64,000 nt of DNA from contig NC_045696.1 in NCBI RefSeq assembly GCF_009834535.1, forward strand, positions 46,688,001 to 46,752,000, written 5' to 3'. Both the position numbers and the translations under genes were made by a program. Positions 13,340 through 25,280 of this stretch are shown here, in pieces. Every line of letters starts with the position of its first letter. Position 1 is the stretch's first letter. The stretch is from Camelus ferus. Its lineage: Eukaryota. The notes beneath the pieces were generated by a model. That model was not told the DNA's origin and searched no databases. It was given only the letters and a program-made list of their open reading frames with translations.

Positions 13340-13442
13340 AAAACCATTATGCTGTCTACCTTAAACTTACGCAGTGCTGCATGCCAATTACATCTCAGTA
13401 AGACTAGAAGAAAAGATTTACACACACAGGCACACACACAAG
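13340..13442 (+). mobile_element. ~100-bp L1 3' terminus with TSD
   Basis: 'cttaaacttacgcagtgctgcatgccaattacatctcagtaagactagaagaaaa' flanked by TATTTACCACTT at 13328-13339 and 13443-13454. Confidence 0.75.
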
Positions 13443-14199
13443 TATTTACCACTTGAAGAAATTAGGAGAAATTAGTGAATACGAGCAGACAGGACTGTTT
13501 ATACCTAATGTCTAAGATCCATAATCATTAAATACCCCCACTAATCATAGTTGTGAAAAACTATTCCAAAATGGTGTGATAGAGAAATGGAGTTAAACCA
13601 TTTTTTCATCTTTCTGGCTTTACGTTGGTAGCAGTAAATTTTAATCATATTTCTGCCCTTAACAAGTCAAATTGGTTGCACAATTGATTGCATCTCCTGT
13701 TTTCACATACATTAGGAAAAAGAAACAGACATTTCCATGACTCTAAAGCAAAATAGGGTAAGAAAGAATAGGATAATGATTTTCAGTTCCAGTCCAGCTC
13801 AAAAATTTCCGAAGAAGAAGAAGCAGGGAAACAGAAACGGGGAGGAAGGAGAGGAGCAGCTAGTGTTTACTTCATTAACTTAGAGGAGCGCCACAGGTAA
13901 TGGGTCTGGTTCATAGCAGGTGATCAACTCTTCCTTTATAATTGGGAGCCTCCCACAAGTGCAAGAGTGCATCCTCCTGGCCCTGGGGGAAGGAAATAAT
14001 CCATGCACCCCTTCTGACTCAGGAAAGAATGATCTGTTGCCAGGAGCCAGGTACCTGGGGCAGTACTGCCTGGCCAAGTGCCAAACTATGCTTTGGAGTT
14101 TGGACGAAAGTGTATTACCAGTATTACAGCAGTCCAGCAACCTCCCCTCATGAAGAAGAAGACTTGTGTGCCCAAGAGAGAAAACCTTTACCCCTGAGA

Positions 14200-14350
14200 G
14201 GCAGAGTGGCATGGGAAAAACCAGAAGACCTCCCCGTTTTTTTCTTTTCCTGTTCACTTACAGATCTGCTGCATGATCTTGGACAAATCACTCTATCTCT
14301 CTGGGTCTTTAGTTTTCTAATGGAGGTAGTGGGATTTTTTCCAACTCTGA
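14200..14350 (+). mobile_element. MIR/MIR3 fragment
   Basis: 'gctgcatgatcttggacaaatcactctatctctctgggtctttagttttct'. Confidence 0.6.
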
Positions 14351-14749
14351 GACTGGCGATGTTCCTCGCATGAGGACTGTAAGCCACAGGGCTGCATAGG
14401 TCTTGCGAATCCTATACAGTCGAGACTTGCTGCTTGTTGGTTTCTTCAGGTTCCTTTGGACCTCACAGTCTCCAAGTTTCATAATAAGGGCAAATGCATA
14501 TGCCATCACCTCCTTGCTTCCTTATACCATTTTACTCACAACAATATTAATGCTTACTTTTTTTGACTCTGGAGGTAACAACTGCAAGGTCATTTCCATA
14601 AAGAAATGACAAGTCACTCAAAGCTTCCTTTTGAAGTCTCCTTTCTGTCTGGCTGGTCAGCAGGCTTTGCTCTTCAAAAATGAGAAAGACCCAAACCAAT
14701 AGCTGCCCCAGCCGTCTTCTCTTTCCACGTCCATTGGATTTATAAATGA

Positions 14750-15478
14750 TGCCTCATTCAATCCTGTGCCTCAAGCCAGAAACTGGGAGAGATCCATGAC
14801 CCCTCTCTACCCCTCAACTCCCCTGTCCAATCCATCACCAAACTCCCAACAGTTCATTCACCTCTCTCCACCTCCAACACGCCTTGTCCAAGCTTCCAAC
14901 ATGTCTCTCTCCAGGGCTATTGCACTACTTCCTAATGCTCTCCCCAGGCCCACCCCCTCCCCCTTGTCCCAGCTCCCACCCAATCTCCCCTTCACCAAGT
15001 AATCGTTCTAAAATATAAATTAAATCACTTCAATTTCATGCTTAAAACTCTTCAAGGGTTCTCCCCATTCAAAATCCACGCTCTGGTTTACGAGACCTTA
15101 TGAGAGCTCTCCGGTCTCCTCCCACAGCCCTCTCCCCTGCCGATCACGACACTCCCATCACCACTTCCTCCTCAGAGCCTTCCCACGTCTGCCCATGACA
15201 CTCTTGTTCCCCTCCTTCACCTGCTAGTCCCTACTCACCTTGTAGCTGGAATGTCATTTCCCCAGACAGGCCTGTCTTGTCTCCCTCTCACCAGATAAAT
15301 CATGTCCTTTTTACAGTCATCACCAATTATAATTATGTGTTTCACTGTTCACCTATTTATGACCCCCACCCTCATGAGTTTCCATGAAAGGGTGGACCAT
15401 GTCTGTCATCTTCATCACAGTATCCCAGTGCTCATCACAATGGCCAGAACACTGTGAGCAAATATTTGTTGAATGATT
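14750..15478 (+). mobile_element. L2 LINE 3' portion
   Basis: 'tcaagccagaaact...tccaatccatcaccaa...cttaaaactcttcaagg' ending in 'aaatatttgttgaatga'. Confidence 0.85.
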
Positions 15479-15636
15479 GGCTAAGTGAGGACCCTTTGGT
15501 GAAAGTTCCCTTCCTCTGGTCCCTTTATTTCCATCTTATAAGCTATTTTCAGGAGCAGTGCTACAGATGATAATTTCTTTATACATGTTTCACTTTTCAA
15601 GCACTCTCTCTATGAACAATATTTTGGTTTTGGCCT

Positions 15637-16129
15637 TGTGTTGGGCTGCACCCTGCAGGCTTACAAGGCCTGTATGTGCCCAGCTTCTAGACTGAAGAAA
15701 AGGCCTGGAGTCGGACAGAGACATCAATGGCTTAATAGACAGGGGGTCGTACATGTCTGAAGCAAGGTCCTGGAGCACCCCACTGTGTATGGCAGGTGGC
15801 GGGCAGGACATGGTGGGCAGTCTTTCCTCCTGGAGGCAGAAGTGAGGTGGGATGGGAAGCGGTGGGGAAGGGGAGGTTACCAGTTACAGGGGAGATTGAC
15901 CTCAGGTTGGCTCATTGGTTATCAGGGAATCCAGCAGAGGTGCACACCCCTCATTGCCCATTTGATAAGCTATCATAGTGGAAGCTGTTCTGATCTAAAG
16001 CTAGTACAATCATTAGCTGGGGCCTGGGGAAAGGAAGGTCAGCCATGTGAGTAGGTGTAGTGAAGCAGGCGCTGGAGCAGGGGTTGTACAGAAAGCAGAA
16101 GAACAGCTGCCTTGGGTGGCCTGATCACA
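15637..16129 (-). mobile_element. ERVL-class solo LTR (MER54/MER74-related)
   Basis: TG...CA ends; 5-bp flanks GGCCT (15632-15636) and GACCT (16130-16134); 'gggctgcaccctgcaggcttacaaggcc...gagacatcaatgg' resembles antisense MER54/74-type LTR ends. Confidence 0.6.
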
Positions 16130-16239
16130 GACCTCGGCAGGCCCTGTCTGAAAGTTGCCATCCTCTCTTCGCATATATCCTCTTTTGCTTCGGGATGCAG
16201 AGTTTACAAGTTTGCCAAGGGTAGGCATATTTTCAAGAC

Positions 16240-16470
16240 ATGTAACATGGAGAGCAAGAGCTCTGGGGTCACTCCCTGAGCCTTGAATTTGCCTCTGCCC
16301 CTTTGCTGCTCACCTGACTTTGGGCAAGTATTTTCTTCAACCCTAAAATGGGATAATGATAGAACTCAACTGACAGGTTGCCTTGAGGGTATAAGAAGAT
16401 AACAAATGTAAAATGGTTGGTACAGTACCCTACAAATAGCCAGTGCTTGAATAAACACTAGCTTCTATTA
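16240..16470 (+). mobile_element. MIR SINE
   Basis: 'tgactttgggcaagta...taaaatgggataatgatag...agtgcttgaataaacactagcttctatta'. Confidence 0.8.
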
Positions 16471-17089
16471 ATCTTTTTCACTCAACCCCAGAAGGAGTCC
16501 AAATACTGAGTTCCTGGGCTGGGGAATTTCTGAGGAGTCTTCTTTCCCTGTCTTCTGTCTCCCTTTCCATCACATTATACTCTACCCTATACTTTGTGGT
16601 CCCAAAAGGTGGCAACAAAAATGTGATAGGCTTTAATTACTGACCCTGTTCGTCTGAAGCCCTAAGCAGATCTGAAATTTACAAGCTAGTAGCCTAAAAT
16701 TGCTGGTAACCATTATTTAAACTGTGGCAAGATGAATCATGTTTAGGAATAACTAATATTTTAAAGTCAAGTCACTCCTTCCTAGAGAGAGCTGGTGCCC
16801 TGGCATTTGGTGGCAGCTCAGTAGAGAACCCTTGGAGGCAGAGAGTAGGTGACATTAACCTTCTAAACAGAACACCCAGTGCCGGGGTACCAAGAAGAAT
16901 TTAACATTCCACTCCTACCGCCCTCCCCCACTTCCCGGCTTCAGCAACGTGATTTTTAAATGAGAAGCACATCCCGATTGCTCTGTGTAGGTGGTGCAGT
17001 GGGAGGAGGTGAAACGCAAGCTTTATTTTCCCGACTGCCTGTCATCCAATTCCCCGCTTTCCTCTGACTTTCATGAGTGATGAGGTCAT

Positions 17090-17530
17090 CCCGGCGCAGA
17101 AAAATCAAACTCCTATTTTTCAAACCCAATAAAGGCCGGCATTGTATGCCTGCGTAAACAGAGGCCGGACGGGAAGGGTGGCAGGAACACCGGCGGTCCG
17201 CCCTCTGGCGGTCGCTGGAGAGAGTTGTGCCCTGAGCTCCGCGGAACAGCGACAGGGAGGCGGAGAGGCTGCGTGCTAAAATGTAGGTTAAAATTAGATC
17301 AATAGTCAGCTTGGCTCTCTCAATCAATGCTTCGCAGGGAGAGTGTACAACCATCTATTTATAAGCTAAACCTGGCATTATCTTCCTCTTTTAGGACGCA
17401 AAGATCCATTACAGCCGCGGCAGGGGAGAGGATGCTGCGAGGGTGCTGCGAGGAGCTGATGCACCACACGCTACAGCCTCGCTGGCTTGTCAGGACTTCA
17501 TCCAGCACCCGATCCGCGCGGGGTGGGCAG
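17090..17530. promoter_or_regulatory. Small CpG-island-like element with CTCF motif (candidate promoter/enhancer/insulator)
   Basis: About 28 CpGs counted by eye in ~430 bp of unique sequence; CTCF-like CGACCGCCAGAGGGCGGAC on the minus strand at 17196-17214. Confidence 0.6.
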
Positions 17531-18439
17531 TGGGAGGATACATTCCTGCTGTCAGTGGCCCTACTGCTCTCTTCCGGACTCTTTCCCCCGGAGGACCCCC
17601 CCAAGAAGTCACTCCCACCCATTCCTTACCTGGATGGAATCCTTTAACAGAAAGGACTTTAAACAGACTTTAACGGCAAGGTCTTTAAACAGAAAGGACC
17701 AAAAAGGCGTAACAGTCATGAGGGGTCCTCCTGTAGATGCAGAGTCCGCACTGGCTGCTTCTAACCAGCCACTGCTTGACTGCCTGTGGACAGAGGTTTC
17801 CAACCCAGCTTCCCCAAGGGACTGCACTCCTCAGGCCTGCTTCAGACAACTGCTGCTGTAAATAGCTGCGGTCTCTCTCCTCCCCTGTCAAAGCGCCAGT
17901 GTGGTGGGAATGGATTAACAGTAATCTGTCTGACTGCATTACATTTAAAGCCTTGGTTAGGTGGCTGCGTGCTCCACCTCGCCCCTGACATACTGGGACA
18001 CTGGGCATTCCCATTTTCCCCAGTGGATGGAAGTCACCTCCGATATATAAAGAAATGCCCACCCCTAGCATTTGTGTTACAGCTGTCAAACTGTTTTCAG
18101 GTTTTTGAAAGATGCTACAGAAAAAGAGGCAAAATCTGATACAGCACCACCTCCTCAGAAACACGAGATCAAATCATAGTTCTGGGGGAAAAATTAAGCA
18201 TTCTAGTTTTAGATATATATTTAGCATATTTTATATGATCTATGTATTTGTTTAAATTTTTACTTTTTCACAACTTTCTTTATCATATTTACCATAGAAA
18301 AACTTTAAAGAGCCAAAGTATTTTAATATTAGCTTCAGTATACGTTAGACATACTTATTGTTTGACATTCAAGGATTTTGAAGTAAAGATAGAAACTGAA
18401 TCATTCTTCATTTTGAAGCAACCTTTTTCCTCCTCCTCA

Positions 18440-19150
18440 AATTCTTGTTGGCTCACCTCCAAAATATATCCTACATCTGTCCCTTTCTCTCCATCCAGAC
18501 CGCTTCTAGGTTAGCTCCTAGTCATCATTCATTATCCGTCACCTGGGTTACAAAAATAGCATCGCGTCTGGGCTTTCTGGGTTCGCTTTCTCCCCACCGC
18601 CGTCGACCTGCTCCACATAGCAACCAAAGTGTGCTCTTTTAAAATGTAAATCAGATCATATCTCTGCTCTTTCTAAAACCTTTCCTGGCTTCCTGTTGTA
18701 CCTCCATTAGACCCCAAATTCTTCATCCCAGCCAAAACGTGGTGAGTGAGCTGGCCCCTGTCCACCCCTGCTCGCCTCTCCTCATGTGGCCGCACTGTCT
18801 CATTTTGTGTCACAGCTTCAAACCCACAAGCTTCCAGCGCTTGCCATTCTCTCTGTGTGGAACTCTCTTTCTGAAGATCTCAGAACTGCCCTGTTCTCAC
18901 CCCTCCAGTCTCAGCTCAGACAGCAGCGACCTCGGCTGACCGCCTGTGCTCCTCCGGAACTCGCCGACACATCACCCTGTTTTCTTTTCAACACAGCAGT
19001 TAACTGAATTGAGTTATTTATCCTTTTTCACGTGTTAGAATGTAAGCCACATGAAAACAGACCCCTTATCTTTCTTGTTCACTCCTGTCTCTGGGTCCTA
19101 GAACAGTGCCTGGTCCATGGTGGGTCTTCAATGTATAGTTATTATATAAA
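18440..19150 (+). mobile_element. L2a LINE 3' portion
   Basis: 'cacctccaaaatatatcc...ttttaaaatgtaaatcagatcat...tagaatgtaagc...cctagaacagtgcctgg'. Confidence 0.88.
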
Positions 19151-19224
19151 TCACTAGGGGGTGCTTTTATAGCATCATACATACTCTGCTTGAATTTTAC
19201 AGTTATTTTTATACCCATATGCTT

Positions 19225-19355
19225 TCTCCTTTCAAGTGTGAACTCTCTGAGGCAGGATCATTTTAGTTTAGTTCATTTTACTCTCCATGGCCTTCTGGAG
19301 TCTGACACATAGGAGGTATTTAATATGTTTATTGGATTGAATTGCAATAAATGAA
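19225..19355 (+). mobile_element. L2 3' end fragment
   Basis: 'tgtgaactctctgaggcagga...ctgacacataggaggtatttaatatgtttattggattgaat'. Confidence 0.7.
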
Positions 19356-19489
19356 TAGGTAATAAGCTGATACAATATGACTTTAGCCCAGCTCTAGCTT
19401 TCACCAGAAAAAAATGCAAAAATATTATGTTATTCCAAAGGGGTAGATTGTTGCTTTGATCCTTGTAACACCCTATGCACCTCTCCACT

Positions 19490-19665
19490 TATTTTCGAAT
19501 ATTTTCAAAGAACATTCATATTCATTATTTTATTTGATCTTAATATGAGCTCTGTGAGATGGGCCTTATGATCCACAGTTTACAAATGTAGAAACTGAAG
19601 CTCAGGGGCATTAACTGACTTGCTTAAGCTTGTACAGCTAATAGGAAGCAGAGACAGGGCTCATT
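19490..19665 (-). mobile_element. MIR SINE
   Basis: 'tttacaaatgtagaaactgaagctcagggg...tgacttgcttaag...acagctaataggaagcagag'. Confidence 0.75.
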
Positions 19666-20244
19666 TTAAACACCCACAAATATGTACACACAGACATGTC
19701 CACATTTGCCAGTATCTTCCCTCCTCAACCATGTTTCTGGTTTATATCAAACAGGATCATAAATGCAAAGTATCTGGAATGGAGTCTGGCATATGACAGG
19801 CTCCCAATAAATGACCATTCCTTCCTCTCACCGACACTGGTTGCCATAATCTCTCCATCCCAATAAAGAAGAATGTCTCTATCTTCACTTGTTCTTTGTA
19901 TTACTCGACTGACTTCCAGAATCCTTCTTATTGTGAAAACTAATGCATAATATTAATTGGATACCTTCACAGATCTGAGCAGTAGCAAATGGATTTTTGC
20001 TAACTGGCAACCTTTTGCTGCTTTATCTTCTACTCTGAATACAAACCAATAAGAAACATTTGCAAAGACCTACCAGAACACAGCCCAGCTTAAGTTATTC
20101 CGTTCAGTGTCAGTGAGGAAATGGTACACAAAAGGCCAAAGCTTATCAATCATAAACAAACACTAAAAATAGCACGGACAGAGTGGTTAAATAATGTGCA
20201 AAATTAGTTTTACAATGGGCAAAATAAATCAAGAGCCTAGTCTG

Positions 20245-20490
20245 ATCATCCATTCATTATTTATTGGGTGTATTTTATGTGTCAGGCTCTGTACTCAGTG
20301 TTGGGAATACAGAGGCAAGCAAAAATTGATGAGGTCTCTTGGGATACGGGTCTAGTAGAAAAGATAGACTTAAACCAAAGAATCACACAACAGAGATCAA
20401 TGCAGTGAGAGGGCAAAACAGGAGGAAATGATGTAGGGAAGTCCCAGGGGAATTCCTGGAGGCAGCGATAACTAAGCTGAGCTCTGTCTT
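20245..20490 (-). mobile_element. L2 fragment
   Basis: 'cattcattatttattgggtg...tatgtgtcaggctctgtact...tgggaatacagag'. Confidence 0.7.
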
Positions 20491-20586
20491 CAGTTCAGGT
20501 ATGGCTCAATGCCTCCAGTGGTTACTAGAGAAGGAGGAAGAGGAAGAAATGATAAGTAAGTAAATAATGAGAATAGTGACTAACTT

Positions 20587-20642
20587 AAAAAATTTCTTTT
20601 TCTTTTTTTAAAAATTGAAATACAGTCGGTTTACAATGTTGT
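20587..20642 (-). mobile_element. 56-bp ultra-truncated young L1 insertion
   Basis: T-rich tail + 'ttgaaatacagtcggtttacaatgttgt' (same terminus as the 9961 L1), between GTGACTAACTT repeats at 20576-20586 and 20643-20653. Confidence 0.85.
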
Positions 20643-20659
20643 GTGACTAACTTTAAAAT

Positions 20660-21312
20660 TCTTTCATTTGATACTTATTTCTTGAGTGTCTACTATGTGC
20701 CAGGTGGTTGTCTAGGGGTTGAGGGTTATAGCAGTGGTCAAGGACAAAAAGCCCTGCCCTCATGGGATTACGTTGTAATGGGGGAAGGCACCTAATAAAC
20801 GAATAAAGAATTATAATAGAAAGGAATGTAAAATGGCTATTTCTGCAGAAGAGAAATATAAACCAAAGAAGTAAGATTGGGAAGTGGGGTGCACTGGGTA
20901 GGGAGGTACATAGTGTGGTCCCATATGGCTTCACTGACTGATACTTTTGAACAAGATCCAACAGTGGTAAAGGAGCAAGTGATGCCGATCTGAGAGGTTG
21001 TGTGGGTGACTGCAGAAGGAAGAACTCTCCAGGAGGAAGCCTCTGTGAGTACAAGGACCCTGAGACAACAGCATAACTGACTTGTTTGAGGAAATACAAG
21101 GAGACTGGTGTGTCTAAAGTAAGCAGAGTAAGCAAGAGGGTAACCAGTAGATGAGTTCAGAGGGATCATGGATCTTAAGGGATCTTGTAGATGATTTTAA
21201 AGACTTTGGCTTGTATTCTAAGTCCAGTGGGAAGACATTGAAAGCTTTTGAGCAAATGATTGGCATTACTTGACTTATCTTTTAATAGTCACTCTGGCTG
21301 CTGTGTAGAGAG
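20660..21312 (-). mobile_element. L2a LINE
   Basis: 'ttgagtgtctactatgtgccagg...ccctgccctcatgg...aagactttggcttgtattct...tcactctggctgctgtg'. Confidence 0.88.
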
Positions 21313-21314
21313 CA

Positions 21315-21790
21315 CTCAGTATGTTCCAGGCAATGTGTTAAGTGTCTAAAGAGATTATCTTCACAATCCTGAGAGGTACCCATTTTACAGGTGAGGAAAC
21401 CAAGGTGTAGGGAGTTTAAGTACTTACTCAAGATCACATGGTGGGTTAATAACTAACAGAGCTGGAATGAAAAGCTAAGTGCTGTGATTCCAGCACCCAA
21501 GCCATTAACCACAATATTAGAGAGACTGGGATGGCAGGTGGTGGTGATGAGAGGAACAGTAATATTCATCATTAGTTGAGGGTTTTCTGCCCTTGCTTTT
21601 CCCATTAATTTCATTTCATTCTCACACAAACCCTATCAGATATGCATTATTGCCTTTTTATTATAGATAAGGAAACCGAGATTCAGGAAAGTCATGCAAC
21701 TTACCTATATGTCCAAATAGTTTATACTTAAGAATTAAAATTCAAACCCAGGGCATTTCGTCTCCAAAGCCCATGCCTTGCTGACTGCCA
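21315..21790 (-). mobile_element. Two consecutive MIR SINEs
   Basis: Two antisense cores: 'cccattttacaggtgaggaaaccaagg' (~21380) and 'tatagataaggaaaccgagattcag' (~21665). Confidence 0.8.
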
Positions 21791-21819
21791 GTTAAATAAG
21801 TCAACATTTGAAATATATC

Positions 21820-24110
21820 CATTATAAAGAGCCTATAACTGAATCATCTGTTTAAAAAAATCCACTATTTTTTTGATTGGAATGTTTATCCAGTTTAATT
21901 ATATAATTACTGAAATGGTTGGTTTAATTCTTTGTACTTGCTATTTTTTTTTTCTGTTTATCCCATCTATTCTCTGTTCCTTTATTCCTCCTTTCCTACC
22001 TGCTTTTATATTAAGTATGTGTATTTCATTTTCTCCTTTAGTAGCTTTTTATTTTACATCTTGATTTTCTTTTAGCATTTACCGTAGGGAATCAATATGC
22101 CTTTCTAGCTTCTCAATATATATCTTAAGTTAGTATTTTCGCCACTTCACAAGTAATGCAAGAGCCTTAAAACAGCTTAACTTCACTTAGATCCTCAAGT
22201 TTTCTGTGATGTTATTTATAATTTTACCTCCATGCGGTAACGTTATCACAAAGCTTTCCTTACCTTTGTTTCAGAAAGTCAGTATTTTCAAATATTGACG
22301 TATCTCTTTCTCCTCTGTAGTGTTCTTTATTCCTCCCCAAAGTTTAACATTTCCACCTGGGATTATTTTCCTTTGGCCTGACAATTCTCCTTTAGTAAAT
22401 CTTACAGTGCCGTTCTCTGGAGACAAGTTCTGTCAAGGTTAGTTTGCTGGAAAGTATCTTTATTTTGGCTTAACTTTTGAAGTGTACTTTCACTGGGTAT
22501 AATATTTTTCTCTCAGCTCTTTAAGGATGTTAAAGCATCATCTTCTGGCTTCTATAGCTTCTATTGAAAAGTCAGTGCTCTGTCTTCTTGTTGCTTTGAA
22601 AGCAGTGTGTTTTGTTTTTCTCCCCCCGTTGGCTCTTTTTAATGTGTCTTTAACTTTCTTCAATTTGGATACGACGCCCCTAGATGTGGTTTTCATTATT
22701 TTTATTCCTCTGAATGTTCTCTGTTCTTGGAACTGTGGGTTGATATCTTTGACCAATATTGAGAAATTCTCAGTTGTTATCTCTACGACAGTTGTTCTTT
22801 TCTAGTCCCTTTCTCCTCTCCCTCTGGGACTTCAATTATACACACATTAGGTCTTTTGACTATGTACACATGTCTTTTATGTTTTTATTCTCTTCTTCCC
22901 ACTCATTTCCCTCTACTTTTGTGTTTCAGTTTGGGTTTTCTTTCTTTTCCGTTTTTGAAAACCTGATTGTGTCTTTGAATTAAATATACTGTGTTCCACA
23001 TGCCATTAAACTCATATAATGAATTCAACAGTTTAGATTTAAAAATTTTCAGTTCTAGAATACCCATTTGATTTGTGTTAGCAATGTCAATTCTCTGTTG
23101 ACATTTTTAGTCTTTTAATCAATTTCTCCTCTTTTTTTTTAATATGATAATCTTAATTATTTAAAACCACTTTTATGCTAATTACCATATTTGAATTATC
23201 TGTGGATATGCTACTATTGTTTTATTTTTTCCCTTTTGATTATCAATCACATCTTCCATTCTCTTCTCATGTTAGTAATTTTGAATTGTAGTCTAGACAT
23301 TGGGTATTAAAAACAACCCCAAACAAAACAAAAAACCCCAGAGGATGTTCATATGAAGTCATCTACCAGCAAGAGTTCCACCTTTTCACTGATAGGCAGG
23401 CAGGTAGAAACTGAGTTGGGTGTGAGGCTGGATTGCAGTTTTTCATAAGTCTCAGTTCACCTCTGGTTTGTCCCTGTTCTTTGCGGAGGGTGCTTTTGAA
23501 CTTTTGATGGGGAGCCTAATCACTACCTGTCTCCTCAGCTCTAGAAGTTCTGCTTTTCAGAGATTTTGAGCTTATAGCTCAGACTTCCATTTCACACAGG
23601 TTCAAAATCTGGAAAATGGTTTAAGGGGAGGAACTGTTGTGCATTCATAGCAAACCCATATTTCTAGTGGGGTTTTGTCTCCTAGGCACTGCAGACTATA
23701 AGGAATTTTACTTTCTCTTTCAGGCTCAGCTCACATAAGCCTTCCCTACCACCCCGGAACATAGGGAAATGAGCCATACATTTTGCATTCCTTTGTTTTC
23801 TAATCCATTATTTCAGTCCCCCACATCCACCAAAAGTCCTGCTGGATTCTCTTTTCCCCAGTAGGGTCCTTCTGCTTGGCTTAAATCCAGTTTTCAGCTT
23901 GTACCCAAAATAGGCAAATGCTCCTTGGGAAGCAAACAGCTGGTGATTGTAAGCTCACTTAGGAATTTTAGTTTATCTAGTTCTCTTTGCATCCACAGCT
24001 CTTCAGTGTCTTTAATGATATTTGAAATGCACCTATTTTTCCTTCTTGCTACAGTGTGAATGCTAGCCTGCTGTGAACTTCTACATTCCATCCAGAAGTG
24101 AAAGTCCCTC
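21820..24110 (-). mobile_element. Old L1 5' region (5' UTR/ORF1/inter-ORF, L1M/L1ME-like)
   Basis: Long T-rich antisense block with 'tcttctggcttctatagcttctattgaaaagtcag' and 'gagaaattctcagttgttatctct...ctctgggacttcaattatacac', typical of antisense ancient L1 ORF1. Confidence 0.8.
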
Positions 24111-24119
24111 TCAGATGCA

Positions 24120-24310
24120 TAAAGGGTTAGAAATTTTCCAACTGGAAAGGACTTTGGCATTTACCTAATACAGAGACCTCATTGGACATACAGAAAAACA
24201 GATGCTCAGAACGGTAAAGTGATTTATTCAAGACTCACAACTAATCATTGCTGGAAATTAGACCTAAGGTTCTTTAAGGTGAGTCTTCTGATTTCTAAGT
24301 TCAGTTTTTA
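24120..24310 (-). mobile_element. MIR/MIR3 SINE
   Basis: 'ctggaaaggacttt...gctcagaacggtaaagtgatttattcaagactcacaacta'. Confidence 0.65.
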
Positions 24311-24879
24311 AGAGGGCAAGAAGGAGAAAAAGAGAAATTTAAAAAAAATGTACCATGGACAGAACTCCACTGAAACAGAGAGCAATTTTGGAGTCCTTGA
24401 AATAGCAGTCTAAGTGATCAGCCCTCAAAAACACTTCATGTTGGAAAACCTAGCTAAGGTCATTTGAGTCAATCATAAAACCCAACACTTGCTTACTTCT
24501 TTTTTCTACCTTGTTTGAAAACAAGATTTAAAATGGAGTGCCAACAATAAGAGCTCCTCCAGGGAGGGTTACAGACGAGGCAACTAGGATGGAAATGTGG
24601 AGAGTAGGAAAGGCTGCTATCAGAAAGCCAAGAACATTATCCTTGGCAAGGGGTATTGGTAGCTGGTGAAATTTCAGGGTGTGGTAGGTGTTGGAGGAAT
24701 ATGAATTATTCTGCTCAACAGGGTAACTGAGACGAGGACTGGATTCATGTCCTCCAAGAATATAAAAAGTAAATGTTTCTATCTCTTTCTGTAAGGAGAG
24801 TTTATCACTGTCACCTCTCTCCCCTCTATCATTGTCGAGCCAGTCAAGGTTTGAAAGGAAGGAAAGAGAAAGTGCAGGA

Positions 24880-25280
24880 TTAATGAGGTGGATTCTGGAA
24901 CAGGGAGCAGAGAGACCCATCCTTTCCCAGGATGCACACACACATACCACCCAGTGCCAAGATTCAGAGGGTGACAGATTCCCTTGAATCCAATTCTGAC
25001 TAAAGAGCTTCTGAAAAGGCTTCTTGGGCGTAGCTTCCAGGGAAATTGGACTTGTACACCACTTTGGCCTTGGGTTCCTTCCTTCTTCCTGAAGCAGTGC
25101 CTATAGGTGCCCTGGGCCCAAAAGCTCCGTGATAAGGATGGTAGAGCTGGAAGACAGGGTCAGCAGCCATTCCAGCCCTGGACTCGCTTCCCTAGACTCC
25201 TTAACCTGTTGTGGGAGACAATTAAATCCCTTACTTGCTTAAAAAGCCGAAGTGTGAAACCCATCCCTTCCTGAGATGCC
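24880..25280 (+). mobile_element. Old MaLR LTR (MLT1J/K-like)
   Basis: 'aaggatggtagagctggaagac...ccagccctggactcgcttccctagactcct...attaaatcccttacttgcttaa'. Confidence 0.55.

Noticed and set aside
16956..18164. Overlapping 100-160 aa ORFs around the CpG island
   Set aside because: GC-rich stop-poor sequence on both strands, no recognisable domain and no consistent exon chain
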